A DNA stretch of 64,000 nucleotides from Eledone cirrhosa. Taxonomy: Eukaryota. Positions 51,906 to 64,000 of the stretch are shown here, piece by piece (the first letter of the stretch is position 1; each line of letters begins with the position of its first letter). Position numbers and translations under genes: made by a program. The stretch lies in assembly GCA_964016885.1 (NCBI GenBank), contig OZ024741.1, positions 301,196,001 to 301,260,000 of the forward strand, written 5' to 3'. Under the pieces are notes generated by a model. It did no database searches and had not been told where the DNA came from. It was given only the letters and a program-made list of their open reading frames with translations.

Positions 51906-52907
51906 ATTGTTCACCTCCCAAACTGTCAGAGCTAGTGAAAATATATGCTATTTTCAAAAATAGCTAGATAGCTAGATAGATAGATAGATAGATAGATAGA
52001 TACATTGGGAGGCAGATAGACAGTTAAGAAGATAGATAATTGGGTAGACAGGTAAATGTTTTTAGTTTTACTGTCCGAAATCCCATGTAGATATACGTCA
52101 GCATAAGTGTATATGTGTCTATTCAGTGTCCCTCTCTGTTCCTTCTAGTGACTAGAATCTTGTCACTTCTCCTCTCTATATGATTTCATGCCACTATTAC
52201 CCTTTTCAATTTTCTGAAAACACAAACATATTTTTCTTACTCCCACCAAACGCTGATAATATATCACGTTTATTTATATCGGTTTACGTAAAAGCTGCAA
52301 GATGTATCATTTAGTATCCTAAACACACAAGAAGCGCGTCAGTCACGACTTAATGTAATGGTAATGTACAAGCACAATATTCAAGATATACGGAGTTCGA
52401 TTTCTCATACATGCCTCTGTCCACTTTTCTCGCCTCTACAAGCAATTTACACAAAATTCACAACTGTTATCTATAAAGATCGAGTGTTATTAAATCATTT
52501 TCTGCGTTTGGGACTTTCTGCCTTTATATATATATATGTGTGTGTGTGTGTATGCGTGTGTGTGTATGCGTGTGTGTGTACGTGTGTGTGTGTGAATATA
52601 TATATACATTAGTTTCGGATCAATAATCCTTACTTTCATCTCACCAGTGTAAGTGCAACACACAACAATGTAATGGCCATTCCCATTTCTCCTATGACTA
52701 ATCCGTAAAAAAAAGAAAGGCAGTTATGTTCAAAATAGGAGAATACCGTAATAATTTGATTACAGCCTTTAAATAATTTAAATAATTAAAATTATTAAAT
52801 AAATTACCTAAATAAATAATTTAAAGTTACATATTTGTACATTTATTTAGACGTTGTTTATTTTATATCATGCTTTACGTAACGTTATTATTACATCCGG
52901 ATATCTA

Positions 52908-53096
52908 GGGCGGTAGATTGGCAGTATCAGTAAAAGGTCGGACGCCATGTTATGCATCAAAGAGTTATGGCCCTTTATTTTCTGAGTTCAAATCCAGCCG
53001 AAGTTAACTTTGCCTTTCATCCTTACGGGGTCGATAAAATAAAGTACCAGTAATGTACTTTGCTGGCCTTGTGCCAAAAGTAGAAACAATTATTAT
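52908..53096 (+). mobile_element. Meta-domain SINE (the only plus-strand copy seen)
   Basis: ggcggtagattggcagtatcag...ctgagttcaaatccagccgaagttaactttgcctttcatccttacggggtcgataaaataaagtaccag...aagtagaaacaattattat; flanked by atctag. Confidence 0.9.
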
Positions 53097-54842
53097 CTAG
53101 ATGTCTCTGTCTCAAAGTTATCAGAGCTAAATGGCTTCCTCATGGTATATTCATACCAGAAATTGAAGGTTATTAAGGACATTCGATTGAAGGAAAAGGA
53201 TATTAAAATGTTTGTGAACTCAATAAGTTTCTGTAAACAGTGCCCGGGGAATTTCTTGTTTTCGCTTTCAATTAATTTAATTCTCATTTTTCATGGATAT
53301 TCCACCAAATATTTGCGCCAGTGATTTTCAAGTTTGTATTTACTATTCACGTCAATATTGATTCGTTATAATTATTGTTTTCATACTGCAAAATTACTAC
53401 TCGAAATCTCTATGTAGAGTTAATCGTTGTTGAATTTCAGTTGTCGTTTTTTATTTTTATTTTAGTTGATATTATATGATCGTCAGTTTCTAAAATGATG
53501 TAACATTAAATAGAGTTTAAACTTAAACAGTTGTTATGGATTTTAAAATGCGAAATGATAATTCATTGGGCGTCTGTGAGTTTCGACAATGAGTGTTGCA
53601 ACTGTACGATCACTGGGACAGCGTGTCCATGAAATTAACGTTTACGTGGCTGAGCATTCCACACAGTTTCCGCCAAGTCAATTTCACTTACAAGGCATAG
53701 GATGACCAAAGGCTATAGTAAATTAATCTTGTTCTAGATTTCAGACAATGGGATTGAACAAGGGACGAATGACTTCGAAGCAAACCTCTCAAACATTCCA
53801 CTATGCTATATCTATTAAATATCGTAAACAACCAAAAAGAAATTAGCATAGGTAGAAAGTACTGCTATATTTTCTTATGTGAGAAACAGAGGATACAAAC
53901 CCTGATTTCTACAAAATAGTTATTTTAAAATAAATTGCTTTTAGATAGAACAAAAGAGCCTGTCATTGAAGGGCACGCCTTTTGCCACTGTAAATAAAGA
54001 GCTCCTCTCTCCTTAACATGATCGTCTTTAAATATCCCCAGAAATATGCTATTTTAGGGGAGAGAATGGTTTAAACTATATGATGACATTTTCCGGGAGA
54101 TAAATAACCAATATATCAAATTTGAACGAAATCGGGTGGAAACTGTGTAAATACATACACTGCGTATGGACAGACAGAAATTTTCGTTTTTATATAGAGA
54201 GATTAGAAAGTATTTTTCACTTATAATATTAATAACATATAAAATATGTATGCCTGTATGATAAAATCAAATACACTCTATACAGAAATATTAAATGTAT
54301 GTGTATAAATGTAACTGGAGCAGTGACTAATCATTTTATCTATGCCCAATAAACAGAACAAATTAATTTGTAGAGCTAGTTAGAAAAATGAACATAACAT
54401 CTGAACAGCTATGGGAAGATATCAAAACAGAGAACATGCCTGAAACACAGAAAGAAGCAGACCTGCCAACTTCTAAAAACACAAACGGGGAGTACCATGA
54501 AAAGAGTGCCCCAAAACAGGGAGAATTAGGCAAAATGGGGAGATTTTACATAATGAATGCTGTACGCCCTTTCTTGAGAGTAGACATCTCTCACCTACCC
54601 CCAAAATGGGTGGGAGACCTCCTCGTCAGACGGGGAGAGTTGACAGGTCTGAAAAAAGTACAAAGTCATGAAAATATACCAAACTTCTGGTTGAAATATT
54701 TAACAGGGATACATATGGTACTTGTCAAAAATGTAATGAGATGTTGACGGAACTAGAAATACGACACGACTGGCTCATTTAGGAGAGAGCCTTTCTGATA
54801 CTCAAGAACAATGACAAGTATGTTTTAAAACAGCGAGCGAGT

Positions 54843-55052
54843 TTGAAATAAGAAATAGACGCTTTCGCCAACTTTTTTACTAAAGAAATTTTAGCCTGAT
54901 TGTGGGGTTTAGAAGCCTCTAAGAAATGGAAAATGATGAGTATTGACGTACATACTCAACCTTTTCCATTTCTTAGAGGGTTCTAAACCCCACAATCAGG
55001 CTAAAATTTCTTTAGTCAAAAATACGGCGAAAGCTTCTATTTCTAATTTCAA
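54843..55052. mobile_element. ~210-bp foldback/MITE-like palindrome inserted in the decayed Dong
   Basis: Arms of ~95 bp (actaaagaaattttagcctgattgtggggtttagaa / ttctaaaccccacaatcaggctaaaatttctttagt). tcaagaa(c/t)aatga is duplicated at 54802-54814 and 55049-55061. Confidence 0.75.
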
Positions 55053-55766
55053 GAATAATGATACAGTGAACTCCAAAACCTACAAGTCTAAAACATGTCT
55101 TCCTACAACTTGCAAGACTTTAACTGCAATATCGTTGAAACTGGTCAAGCACATGGTAAAAGAACATGTTTCCAGAAGATCAGAAAGGGTGTAACAAAGG
55201 TACATACGGCAGTAAAAACCAATTACTAATAAACAAAGGCCTAGCATAAAAAACAGCAGTAACAGAGAAAAATCTCAATATGGTATGGCATGGATTATCA
55301 GACGAATACTGAACTCTTTAGCCATACTTAGTAGCGTCAACAATAAAATCCTCATCAAGCATGCTACGAATAAATGGCAAACAGTTCTGCAGATACAAAT
55401 GAAATGAGTTTATTAAAACTGAGCCCATATGAATATTTCAAGGGGACTCGGATGATTAGAATTAGCACCGTTATTTCAGGTAATAAACAGGCATGGGGTG
55501 TGGTTATAAATTCTATGGCAACAAAAGTAACCATCTCTTGTATTTGGACGATAAAGACTTAACGTTTCAGATGAGGGACAACCTGAAACACTACCGCAGA
55601 CAGTACATAGATTAACAAAGAAATAGACATGAAATTTGGACTAGAGAAATGGACCAAGGCAACATCGAAGAGAGGAAAACTACTGAAAATCTCCAGCACC
55701 AGACTAAACACAGAAACTGAAATACGAGAATTAGATAAAATGTAAATGTACAAATACTTATGAATC

Positions 55767-58241
55767 TGTAGTGACCTACATTCCGAGGCTCTCCATGCGT
55801 TGTTTGGCTCAGTTCAGCCAATCGCTACCAGCATAGGAGAATGTATCTCGACGTCAGCCCAGAGAGGGGATTCTCGCGGGATTCGAAACTCTCTCTCTCT
55901 CTTGCAGCTCGACACCGTGAAGGTAAACATCTCTTGCTTTCGTTCCTCAAGCATAGACAATATGTAGCAACAAATATCACTACGGGTCTGGCTAACGCCT
56001 CATCCAGTTGACCGTACCTTCTTAAACTCTTAATTAATAATTTCTCTTGGCATGACATTTAAATCTTTATAACCTTTTTATTGATAACATTAACTATCCT
56101 CTGAAGAGACATTCTTCTAACCTTTGTTATCTGTAAATAAATTATATATAAACAATTATAAAGTCGTAAGATGCTATTTCCGACAACATTGCTTTTAACA
56201 TCTTCGGTGGTGAATTCTGTGATACAATACACAAATACACACATTCTCAACACAAACATCTACTAAATAACCTCTTCTAAATGGGTGACCCACCGTGGGA
56301 AATAAATGTTCCTTTAAAAAAAAATAGAAGTAGTTTTTTTTTAAAGAACAACACGTAAGCTTTCTTGTATTGCATTGTATCAACACCATGTAAAACACGT
56401 GGTTTAAGGTCCATGAACCCGCCTAAGACAACATTCTTTGAAAAGAAAAAAATCAGCTGTGTTTTAAAAATTATAGCTCGAAAACATTTTTCTTTCAATA
56501 CGGCTTCCTGCAATATCAACAGCAGCAGCGACAACATTGGTTAACCACTAAACATAAACAACGGAATAATTATGTGGCAGCTTTATAGCCTTACCGACAC
56601 AAACCACCACACCTCATATTGTTTACTTCTATGCTTCACCTATTCTATCGTCTCTGTCATTATAAGCGCTACAACTTCTCACTGTCTCGCTACAAACATT
56701 GACACGAGAATCAAAACAACAGCCTTCTTACCACATAATGGTGAATTCGACGCCTGCAAAACTGCTGTACAAAACTTCACGATTTATCGATGTTTCTAAC
56801 GTCCGACATGATTCGAACTCACAGCCTTTCTCACCACACTATGGCGTCAGACGTGACTTGCATATTGGTGACTCTAAGCTCTTCAACGCTCGACTTCGAT
56901 TCTACTGAAGATTTACTGTGACTTCGCTTCGATAGCAGAAACAACAACAACAACAACTCTACTACCTTCCTTGTAAGAGCGATAGCATTCTTATCGCAAA
57001 GAAATTTCAAAGAAAAGAAACAGTGAAATTTTTGTTAAAAAACAATTATTTCTTTTTTTACAGGCAATGTTTGAACATTTATTCCTTTTAAACTGTATAA
57101 TAGGAAAATTCATTTTGTTTTCTATCATTGTATATATGACTGTACGTACACATTTTCTTTGCTGTATTACATGCCTGCATATGCACACACATTTCTTTGT
57201 CACACACCAACATATTGTTGTCTATAGTATATGATCTTCAAACGTCGAGATCCCTTTTCACCTGGTGGAGGTACCAAAATATGCTGTCGACACATGCAAC
57301 TTAATTCACCTGGACTCAAACAGGCACCGCAACACGAGAATGCTAATTGCAGCTGGATTCAAACAGCTTCGCATCTCGTTGCATACTCATCGACCTAGAG
57401 CATAACAACCTCAATCTTGTTACTTTACTCGACTCACTGGGAAAACAACAAATGGAACTGGTCCTGTCAGCATTTCCACCATATCTCCTATGGATTCGCC
57501 AGAATTATGGAATTACCCCTTCAACTACTCCCCACCTACAGATTCAACTTGCTTTTTTTTCTTTTCAAAGCAGCTATCCATTTTTTCCTAGCTGCCTAGC
57601 ACTTCCGGAAATTCATCTGGGAGGCCGACAATTTCTCGCCTACCCATCATCTTCTTGCCAGCTCTGCTACAACATTTACCATAACAGCTCCAGCTATACA
57701 GCTCTGGTATAACATTTATCATCACAGCTCTGGTATAACACTTACCATAACAGCTATAAAGCTCTGATAAAGCATGAACAGCACCAACATTTACAACAGC
57801 TACTGGTAAACTACCATAACACCTTCATCTACAGCTCTCGTACAACACTTACCATAACAGCTAACATGTAATGCAAGAACAGCAACTTTTCCCATGTCAG
57901 ACTTTATCCGTTTTCTGTTAGACCCCGGGTGCTCACGCATAAATAGCAAAACAGCTAGTCATTTGACACAGCGGCTCAACACGGCCCTTAGCGCCTCATT
58001 TTTCGTCTTGCATGCATTATATTGTTTAATTTTTTCATTGATGTGCTCTCTTTCAGCATTTTTACTGCTGATTCAATTTTATATATCGTCTTGCAGACTA
58101 GATAGGGAGTATTTTAGTGACCTACATTACGAGGGCTCATGGATACATTCTCCGTACGTTGTTTGGCTCAGTTCAGCCAATCGCTACCAGCGTAGGAGAA
58201 TGTATCTCGACTTCCGCCCAGAGGGGGATTCCCGTGGGATT

Positions 58242-58310
<69 letters not shown>

Positions 58311-58687
58311 CAGCTCGACACCGTGAAGGTAAACATCTCTTGCTTTCGTTCCTCAAGCATAGACAATATGTAGCAACAAATATCACTACGGGTCTGGCTA
58401 ACGCCTCAGCCAGTTGACCGTACCTTCTTAAACTCTTAATTAATAATTTCTCTTGGCATGCCATTTAAACCTTTATAACCTTTTTATTGATAACATTAAC
58501 TATGCTGTAAAGAAACATTCTTCTAACCTTTGTAATCTGTAAATAAATTATATATAAACAATTATAAAGTCGTAAGATGCTATTTTCCAAAACATTGCTA
58601 TTAACATCTCCAATTGTGACTTCTGTGATACAATACACAAATACACACATCCTCAACACAAACATCTACTAAATAACCTCTTCTAAA
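55767..58687 (+). mobile_element. Non-autonomous LTR retrotransposon (Gypsy-like): LTRs 55767-56281 and 58113-58687
   Basis: Two similar 515/575-bp direct repeats, AATC TSD at 55763-55766 and 58688-58691, PBS-like tgggtgacccacc at 56282, purine tract agatagggag before the 3' LTR. The host Dong frame resumes across the insertion. Confidence 0.88.
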
Positions 58688-59244
58688 AATCAATGAAATT
58701 AACAGGTTTCAACACACACGAAGGAAAAGATTAGAAAAGAATATTAGAGTCGGATTAGATTACAACTTAAGACAACATTAATTCAACGAATAAAGTATAC
58801 TGGCGAACCCAGTATTAAGCTATTTTAGAATTCTTTACTGGACACAAAAACAACAGGACTAGGCAGAAAAACAATAACAAATAGTCATTGAATTTAAAAT
58901 ACACAACCCAAAATCAGATGTAGAAAGATTATACCTACCACAAACAGGGTGGATGGGCGTTATGCAACTAGAAACCTACCATAAAATAACCATCGTAGGA
59001 ATACAAAAATATCGAATGAAGCATAATGGAAATTAACACAAATAACTACGAAACATGAACAAAAAAGTCAACAAAATTTAAAGTATAGACAGAATTGACA
59101 GATAATTATGAGGATAGGAAATCTCAGTAGTACAGAATCAGAATGGCAAAACATAAACTTCTATGCTAAAACGATGGCAACAAAACCCCATACAAGGCGA
59201 ATGCCAGATAAAACTATGGGCAGGTGGTTAGAATGTCTCAGGAA

Positions 59245-59505
59245 AGGAACGCTGGACAGTTTTACGGGCAAAACCGACCGGCAGGAGACCGAAGTGTAGA
59301 CCCCGAGCAAGATGGTTGGATAACAATCACGAGCTTGGCTGGTTACGCTTGGGGATCCAGTCGGATCAGTTGGCGATAGTTGCTTCTGACAGGACTCGCT
59401 GGAAGAAATGTTTTAGGACTCTGCCCCCGCAACCCTCTCAAGAAGAAGAAGAAGAAGAAGAAGAAGAAGAAGAAGAAGAAGAAGAAGAAGAAGAAGAAGA
59501 AGAAG
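59245..59505 (+). mobile_element. RTE-clade LINE 3' end with (GAA)n tail
   Basis: AKPTGRRPKCRPRARWLDN...ASDRTRWKKC, then (GAA)n. Confidence 0.75.
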
Positions 59506-59690
59506 ACGACGACGACGACGGCGGCGGCGGCGGCGGCGACGGAGGAGGAGGAGGAGGAGGAGGAGGATGAGGGGGAGGAGGAGGAGGAGGAGGAGGAGGA
59601 GGAGGAGGAGGAGGAGGAGGAGGAGAAGAAGAAGAAGAAGAAGAAGAAGAAGAAGAAGAAGAAGAAGAAGAAGAAGAAGAAGAAGAAGAG
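59439..59690. repeat. Compound trinucleotide tract (GAA)n(GAC)n(GGC)n(GGA)n(GAA)n
   Basis: Direct reading. Confidence 0.95.
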
Positions 59691-61683
59691 TTATATTGAC
59701 AACTAAATTATGTGTTCTGGAGTAGGAAACTAAGTATATCTGTATTACAGACCCAATGCTATCTAAACCCAGTCGGAAAGATTTTTTTGGATGAACTCAA
59801 AAAATAACTTTCGTATATTAGACATTACTTGGATTCCGTAAAGAGGAATATATTAGGTAATTTTTGTTTTTTACTTCTTTTAATGGAGGCGCATTGATTA
59901 GTGGCAAGGGCGTTGGAATTATGAATGATGAAAGACAAAGTTGACCTCGGCGGGATTTTAACGCAGAATGTTGTAGTTGATATCTCACCTTAGGTTTCCA
60001 TACTTATAATTCACAATTTTGTAAATTACAAAGCGGATTCTAATGGGCCCCTCCCTCTACAAATTCTATTAGATGAAGTGTATGCTTCAGATGCGAAATT
60101 TCTCCCATGACTCAGTCATTTATATTAAGAGGTGATATTACTACGCCTATCTATTCTAACTATGATACAAGTACGTAGTCTGTTTTCTAATATTCTAGGG
60201 AATATAACTTATTTTATGATTCTATCCTGACCTAGCTAAACCCAATACAATGTAGCACATAAGATAGTACCTTTTAGTATTCATGGTCCCGTAACTCCTA
60301 AACGAGTCGTAGAGGCGCCATATTGACGTAGGGCGTTTCTAGGCATTTTAAAACTTGGCGGGACCAATCGCTCTCCAGGTCTGAATACAACAGATTTCCT
60401 GCAGGGAAGGATAGATAGTGAAAGGGAAGAAGTAAGAGAAAGGTATAGAGGAAGAATTGACCCCAGTACTAGACTGGTGTTTTTTTTTTTTATCGACCTC
60501 GAAAGGATGAAAGGCAAAGTTGACCTCGGCGGGATTTGAACTCAGAGAACAGTTATTCAAAATACCGTAAAGCATTCTATCTGACGCTTAACGACTCTGC
60601 TAATTTGCCGCCTACACGTTCTAGTATACGGGAGAAATAATTATATGTTGATAAGAGAAGAGAGATGTGATAGCTTTCTGAATTAGTTTTTTTTTTTTTT
60701 TAAATAAATAAATCAATGTGTGCCTGTGCATGCGCGCGTGTGTGTGTGTGGTGTCTGTGTCTGCGTCTGTGATTGAAATAATAGAATGGATTTTATTTTT
60801 TGGTTTTGAAGACTTATTTTCTACTGGTTTTGTGCCGTAAATCGTCTGTTGAACGAAAACTAGGGTTGTTTGCTTTCAGTATAAAAATTGATTTCTTTAG
60901 TTGCTGGAATGTTATGATATAGATTTAAGTCGCTGAGGAAATGTATGTCTATAGTCTGGGCGAGGATGTAATTATGAGAAAGGTGAGAAATTCATACAGC
61001 TGGGTAAATATTTTTTTAATCGTAGCTGGAAGTTATGAACAGGTATTAATAATTCTCTTAATTTGTTTTTTTAGTTGGTGGCCCAAAGTCATATTTGGAT
61101 GGATAGCTTTTCCTTTTTTCGTTCAAGTGGAACTAATTATATGTTGGCTAATAGTCGGAAATGGTTACAGTATTAATCTTATTAATGTGAATTGTAAGGG
61201 TTTCGTTTGGTATTTTAGAGATTATTAGCTTATTTTTAGAATAATCAGTGTCTTTGAAAGGGGACATCTATATAAATGCAAATAAATACATGCGCATGCA
61301 AGTATATAGATGGCCCGAAGGCAATGACGTAAATGTACATTTGCATTTGGCAAACCGCATTAAATTACTGGCGTAGAATAATATACCACACATGTCTCTA
61401 GAATTACTCCTACTCCTGTTAAATTTCTAGTCATTTTCACTCAGGCAATTGTAACTCACAGTACTCTTGTTGTCATTCATATTGTGTTTCCGTCTCACAC
61501 TATACATTCAAAACACTACAAAAACATTCTCCTCAAATACTTTTTCAGCAGACTACATTGAATAAATACATATACAGTGAATTAACGAATTTCATTCTCA
61601 TTAAATCCTTCATAATTTGTAATCAGGATTTTCATAGAGGTGAATGAGACATGAATTATTGCAAAATGAAAGCTAATAATAAC

Positions 61684-61893
61684 GGTTTCTAATTTTGGCA
61701 CAAAGTGAACAATTTAGTTGGAGACGGTCGATTATATCGACCCAGTATTTTACTGGCAGTTTGGTTTATCAACCTCAGAAGGATGAAAGGCAAAATTGAC
61801 CTCATGGGGATTTGAAACCAGATGGTAAAAAGCCAGAACAAAAACCGTAATAATTTCCTCTGAGGTTCTAATAATTCTGCCAAGCCACCGCCC
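61684..61893 (-). mobile_element. Meta-domain SINE
   Basis: ggtttctaattttggcacaaag...aaggatgaaaggcaaaattgacctc...ctgccaagccaccgcc. Confidence 0.8.
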
Positions 61894-62371
61894 TGAAGTA
61901 TATAAATAATAACAATAAGTTTTGAAGAAAAGTCTAATATAATATACATAAAAACCATTGTACCATATATATAATGCTGTGAGATATTTGTATATTTATA
62001 CAGTTATCCGACAAACTTTCTGACTAAAAAAATTGTTTCGTTTAGTATACAGTATTCGAAAATCGAAAACTTCTTTTCTTCTCTGGGCTACATACATTTA
62101 ATTATCTAAGTATTGTTTATCTAATAGTTTGTCTGCAAAATACAACTTCACGGCATGTTAAAATCCCGATGCGTGTGTATGTTTTTCACACTTGTTATGG
62201 CTCAGAGCAAATATGTTGACTATATTAAGCAAGGAATAAATATAGCGAACAAACTTAATGCAGCTATGAAAACTTGTATACGCACACACATACACGCACA
62301 CACACACACGCACATATACAAAAACGCATATGTATGTATGTATATATACTAAAATATATATATATATTATA

Positions 62372-62440
<69 letters not shown>

Positions 62441-63432
62441 ATATGTGTCTACTTGTGCGTATTTTGAATAGTGTTATTTTTTTCTAAATGATATCTTCGT
62501 AACACACATATATATATACGTACTAAAAAATAGATTTATGTTACCTTATGTGTAGTAGCACTTCTTTAAAAAAAAACACTGAAATGTATATTGATCGTTA
62601 TTAGTAGAAACATTGTTTGTTTTGTTTTAAACTGTTGAACATTTTTGGTACTCTTGATTGAAACATGTTGTACAATATTTAAAACTATTATGCAATTGTT
62701 TACTAAAGAAATGATGTCCATTACATTGCCTCTAGATAATAATAGTGGTAGTAGCTTTCATTTTATTTATGTTATATTACGAAAAAGAAAACAAATAGCC
62801 ACAAGACCTAATGACGTACAGACAGTCAAACACCCAAGGTATTATAGATAAAACGACGCACACGTCACAGATAAATAAGAGTGAACATCTGCAAACCAGT
62901 AGTTACGTCAAATTGAATATTATGGTGAATGTATTGCATAATTTTGAAGCAATCATTTTTTTATTTGGTTAAACACACAGAAACAGAAAGCAGTATTGGA
63001 AAGAACTATAAATGCAATAAATGAGAAGAAAACGTGGTGAGAGCAAGGACTAATGGAAAATAGTACGTCAGAGAAAAATAAATTGAGTATTTTGTTATGG
63101 CCACATGTGGCCATTATTGATTAAACAACAGTCCAAGACTGAAGCACGGAAACAAATAGAATACGATATATATTGATGTACAATAGAGAATTATTCAAAA
63201 AAACATCTGGTTTTGTGTTGCATATGACAACCCAAACCTCTTTTTATCAAGTATTTTCCGCCCTAACATTAAAATACTTTGGAATTATGTTTGATTAAAC
63301 GGTACATAAATACATAAGCGAAGTAGGTGTTTTAGATACATATTATTACATCTACTAACATTATGGATGCGGATTCCACAACAAATGAAAATTCGAAGTC
63401 TCTGGTACTTTTCTCTTTATATATATGTGTGT

Positions 63433-63499
<67 letters not shown>

Positions 63500-63705
63500 G
63501 TCAGTCTCGAGCTCTGAGTCTCATCAGTCCGGTGCTTATCCCGGTTTCCATGGCGTTAAGCGACTGAGAGTACAACACACACCCCTGAACAGGGTTAAAC
63601 CCCCAGCTATTGCTAGTACTCCTTTTCAATTGAGGATACTCGAGCAACGTTAAGTGTGTTGTTCAAGACACAACCCAAACCTGGAATTGAACCCACAACG
63701 ATTCC
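63500..63705 (-). mobile_element. Probable third SINE family
   Basis: ccggtgcttatcccggtttccatggcgttaagcgactgagagtac...ctggaattgaacccacaac; the last block is a B-box-like sequence on the minus strand. Confidence 0.5.
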
Positions 63706-63707
63706 AG

Positions 63708-63741
<34 letters not shown>

Positions 63742-64000
63742 ATACAATATCAATTACGCCTTTTATAGCATTTTTTCAACACTGAGTTTCATAATATAAA
63801 TACATAAATTGTATGACAAATGTATGAGGGTTAATATAATCTATTTAACTAATCCCTTCGAGGCGCAACCGTGCAAATGTTCACATCAAAGTTTTGTTTG
63901 CTTTTAAATAAGAGGTATTTCATAACAACTTACTTTTTTCTTAGTACACATGACTTACTACAAATATATATTTTGATTTACTCATTCAAATAATCTGCAT

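Larger units (their letters stand above)
54300..59230 (+). mobile_element. Highly decayed R4/Dong element hosting nested insertions
   Basis: Remnants IPNFWLKYLT, TYKSKTCLPTTCKTLT, KDQLLINK-like, MKFGLEKWTKAT, YKYL*I|NE, HNPKSDVERLYLP. Confidence 0.75.

Noticed and set aside
52908-52998. tRNA gene
   Set aside because: The A/B-box head belongs to a SINE; there is no cloverleaf and it continues into the SINE core and tail.

Overview
AT-rich, microsatellite-laden metazoan DNA. The SINE families and repeat style suggest an octopus/coleoid cephalopod, which is an inference. I see no host protein-coding exon that I can support; the window is dominated by retroelements and their remnants. Main content: (1) a head-to-tail, plus-strand array (29.7-39.9 kb) of five R4/Dong-clade RLE non-LTR retrotransposons from two families, nearly all bounded by (TAA)n, one near full length with a single premature stop; (2) many Penelope-like element (PLE) fragments and pseudo-LTR-like tandem or inverted repeats that carry type I hammerhead ribozyme (HHR) motifs of at least seven unrelated sequence families. 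These include a 442-bp tandem unit with two intact hammerheads (retrozyme-like, possible circular RNA) and a 484-bp unit that begins at its own predicted cleavage site; (3) a 2.9-kb non-autonomous LTR element with a 4-bp TSD and TG...AA ends, nested in a decayed Dong element; (4) fragments of Tx1/L1, CRE, RTE and Vingi/Ingi LINEs; (5) about 18 tRNA-derived Meta-domain SINE copies, nearly all on the minus strand. All RNA structures were paired by eye and coordinates of decayed elements are approximate.
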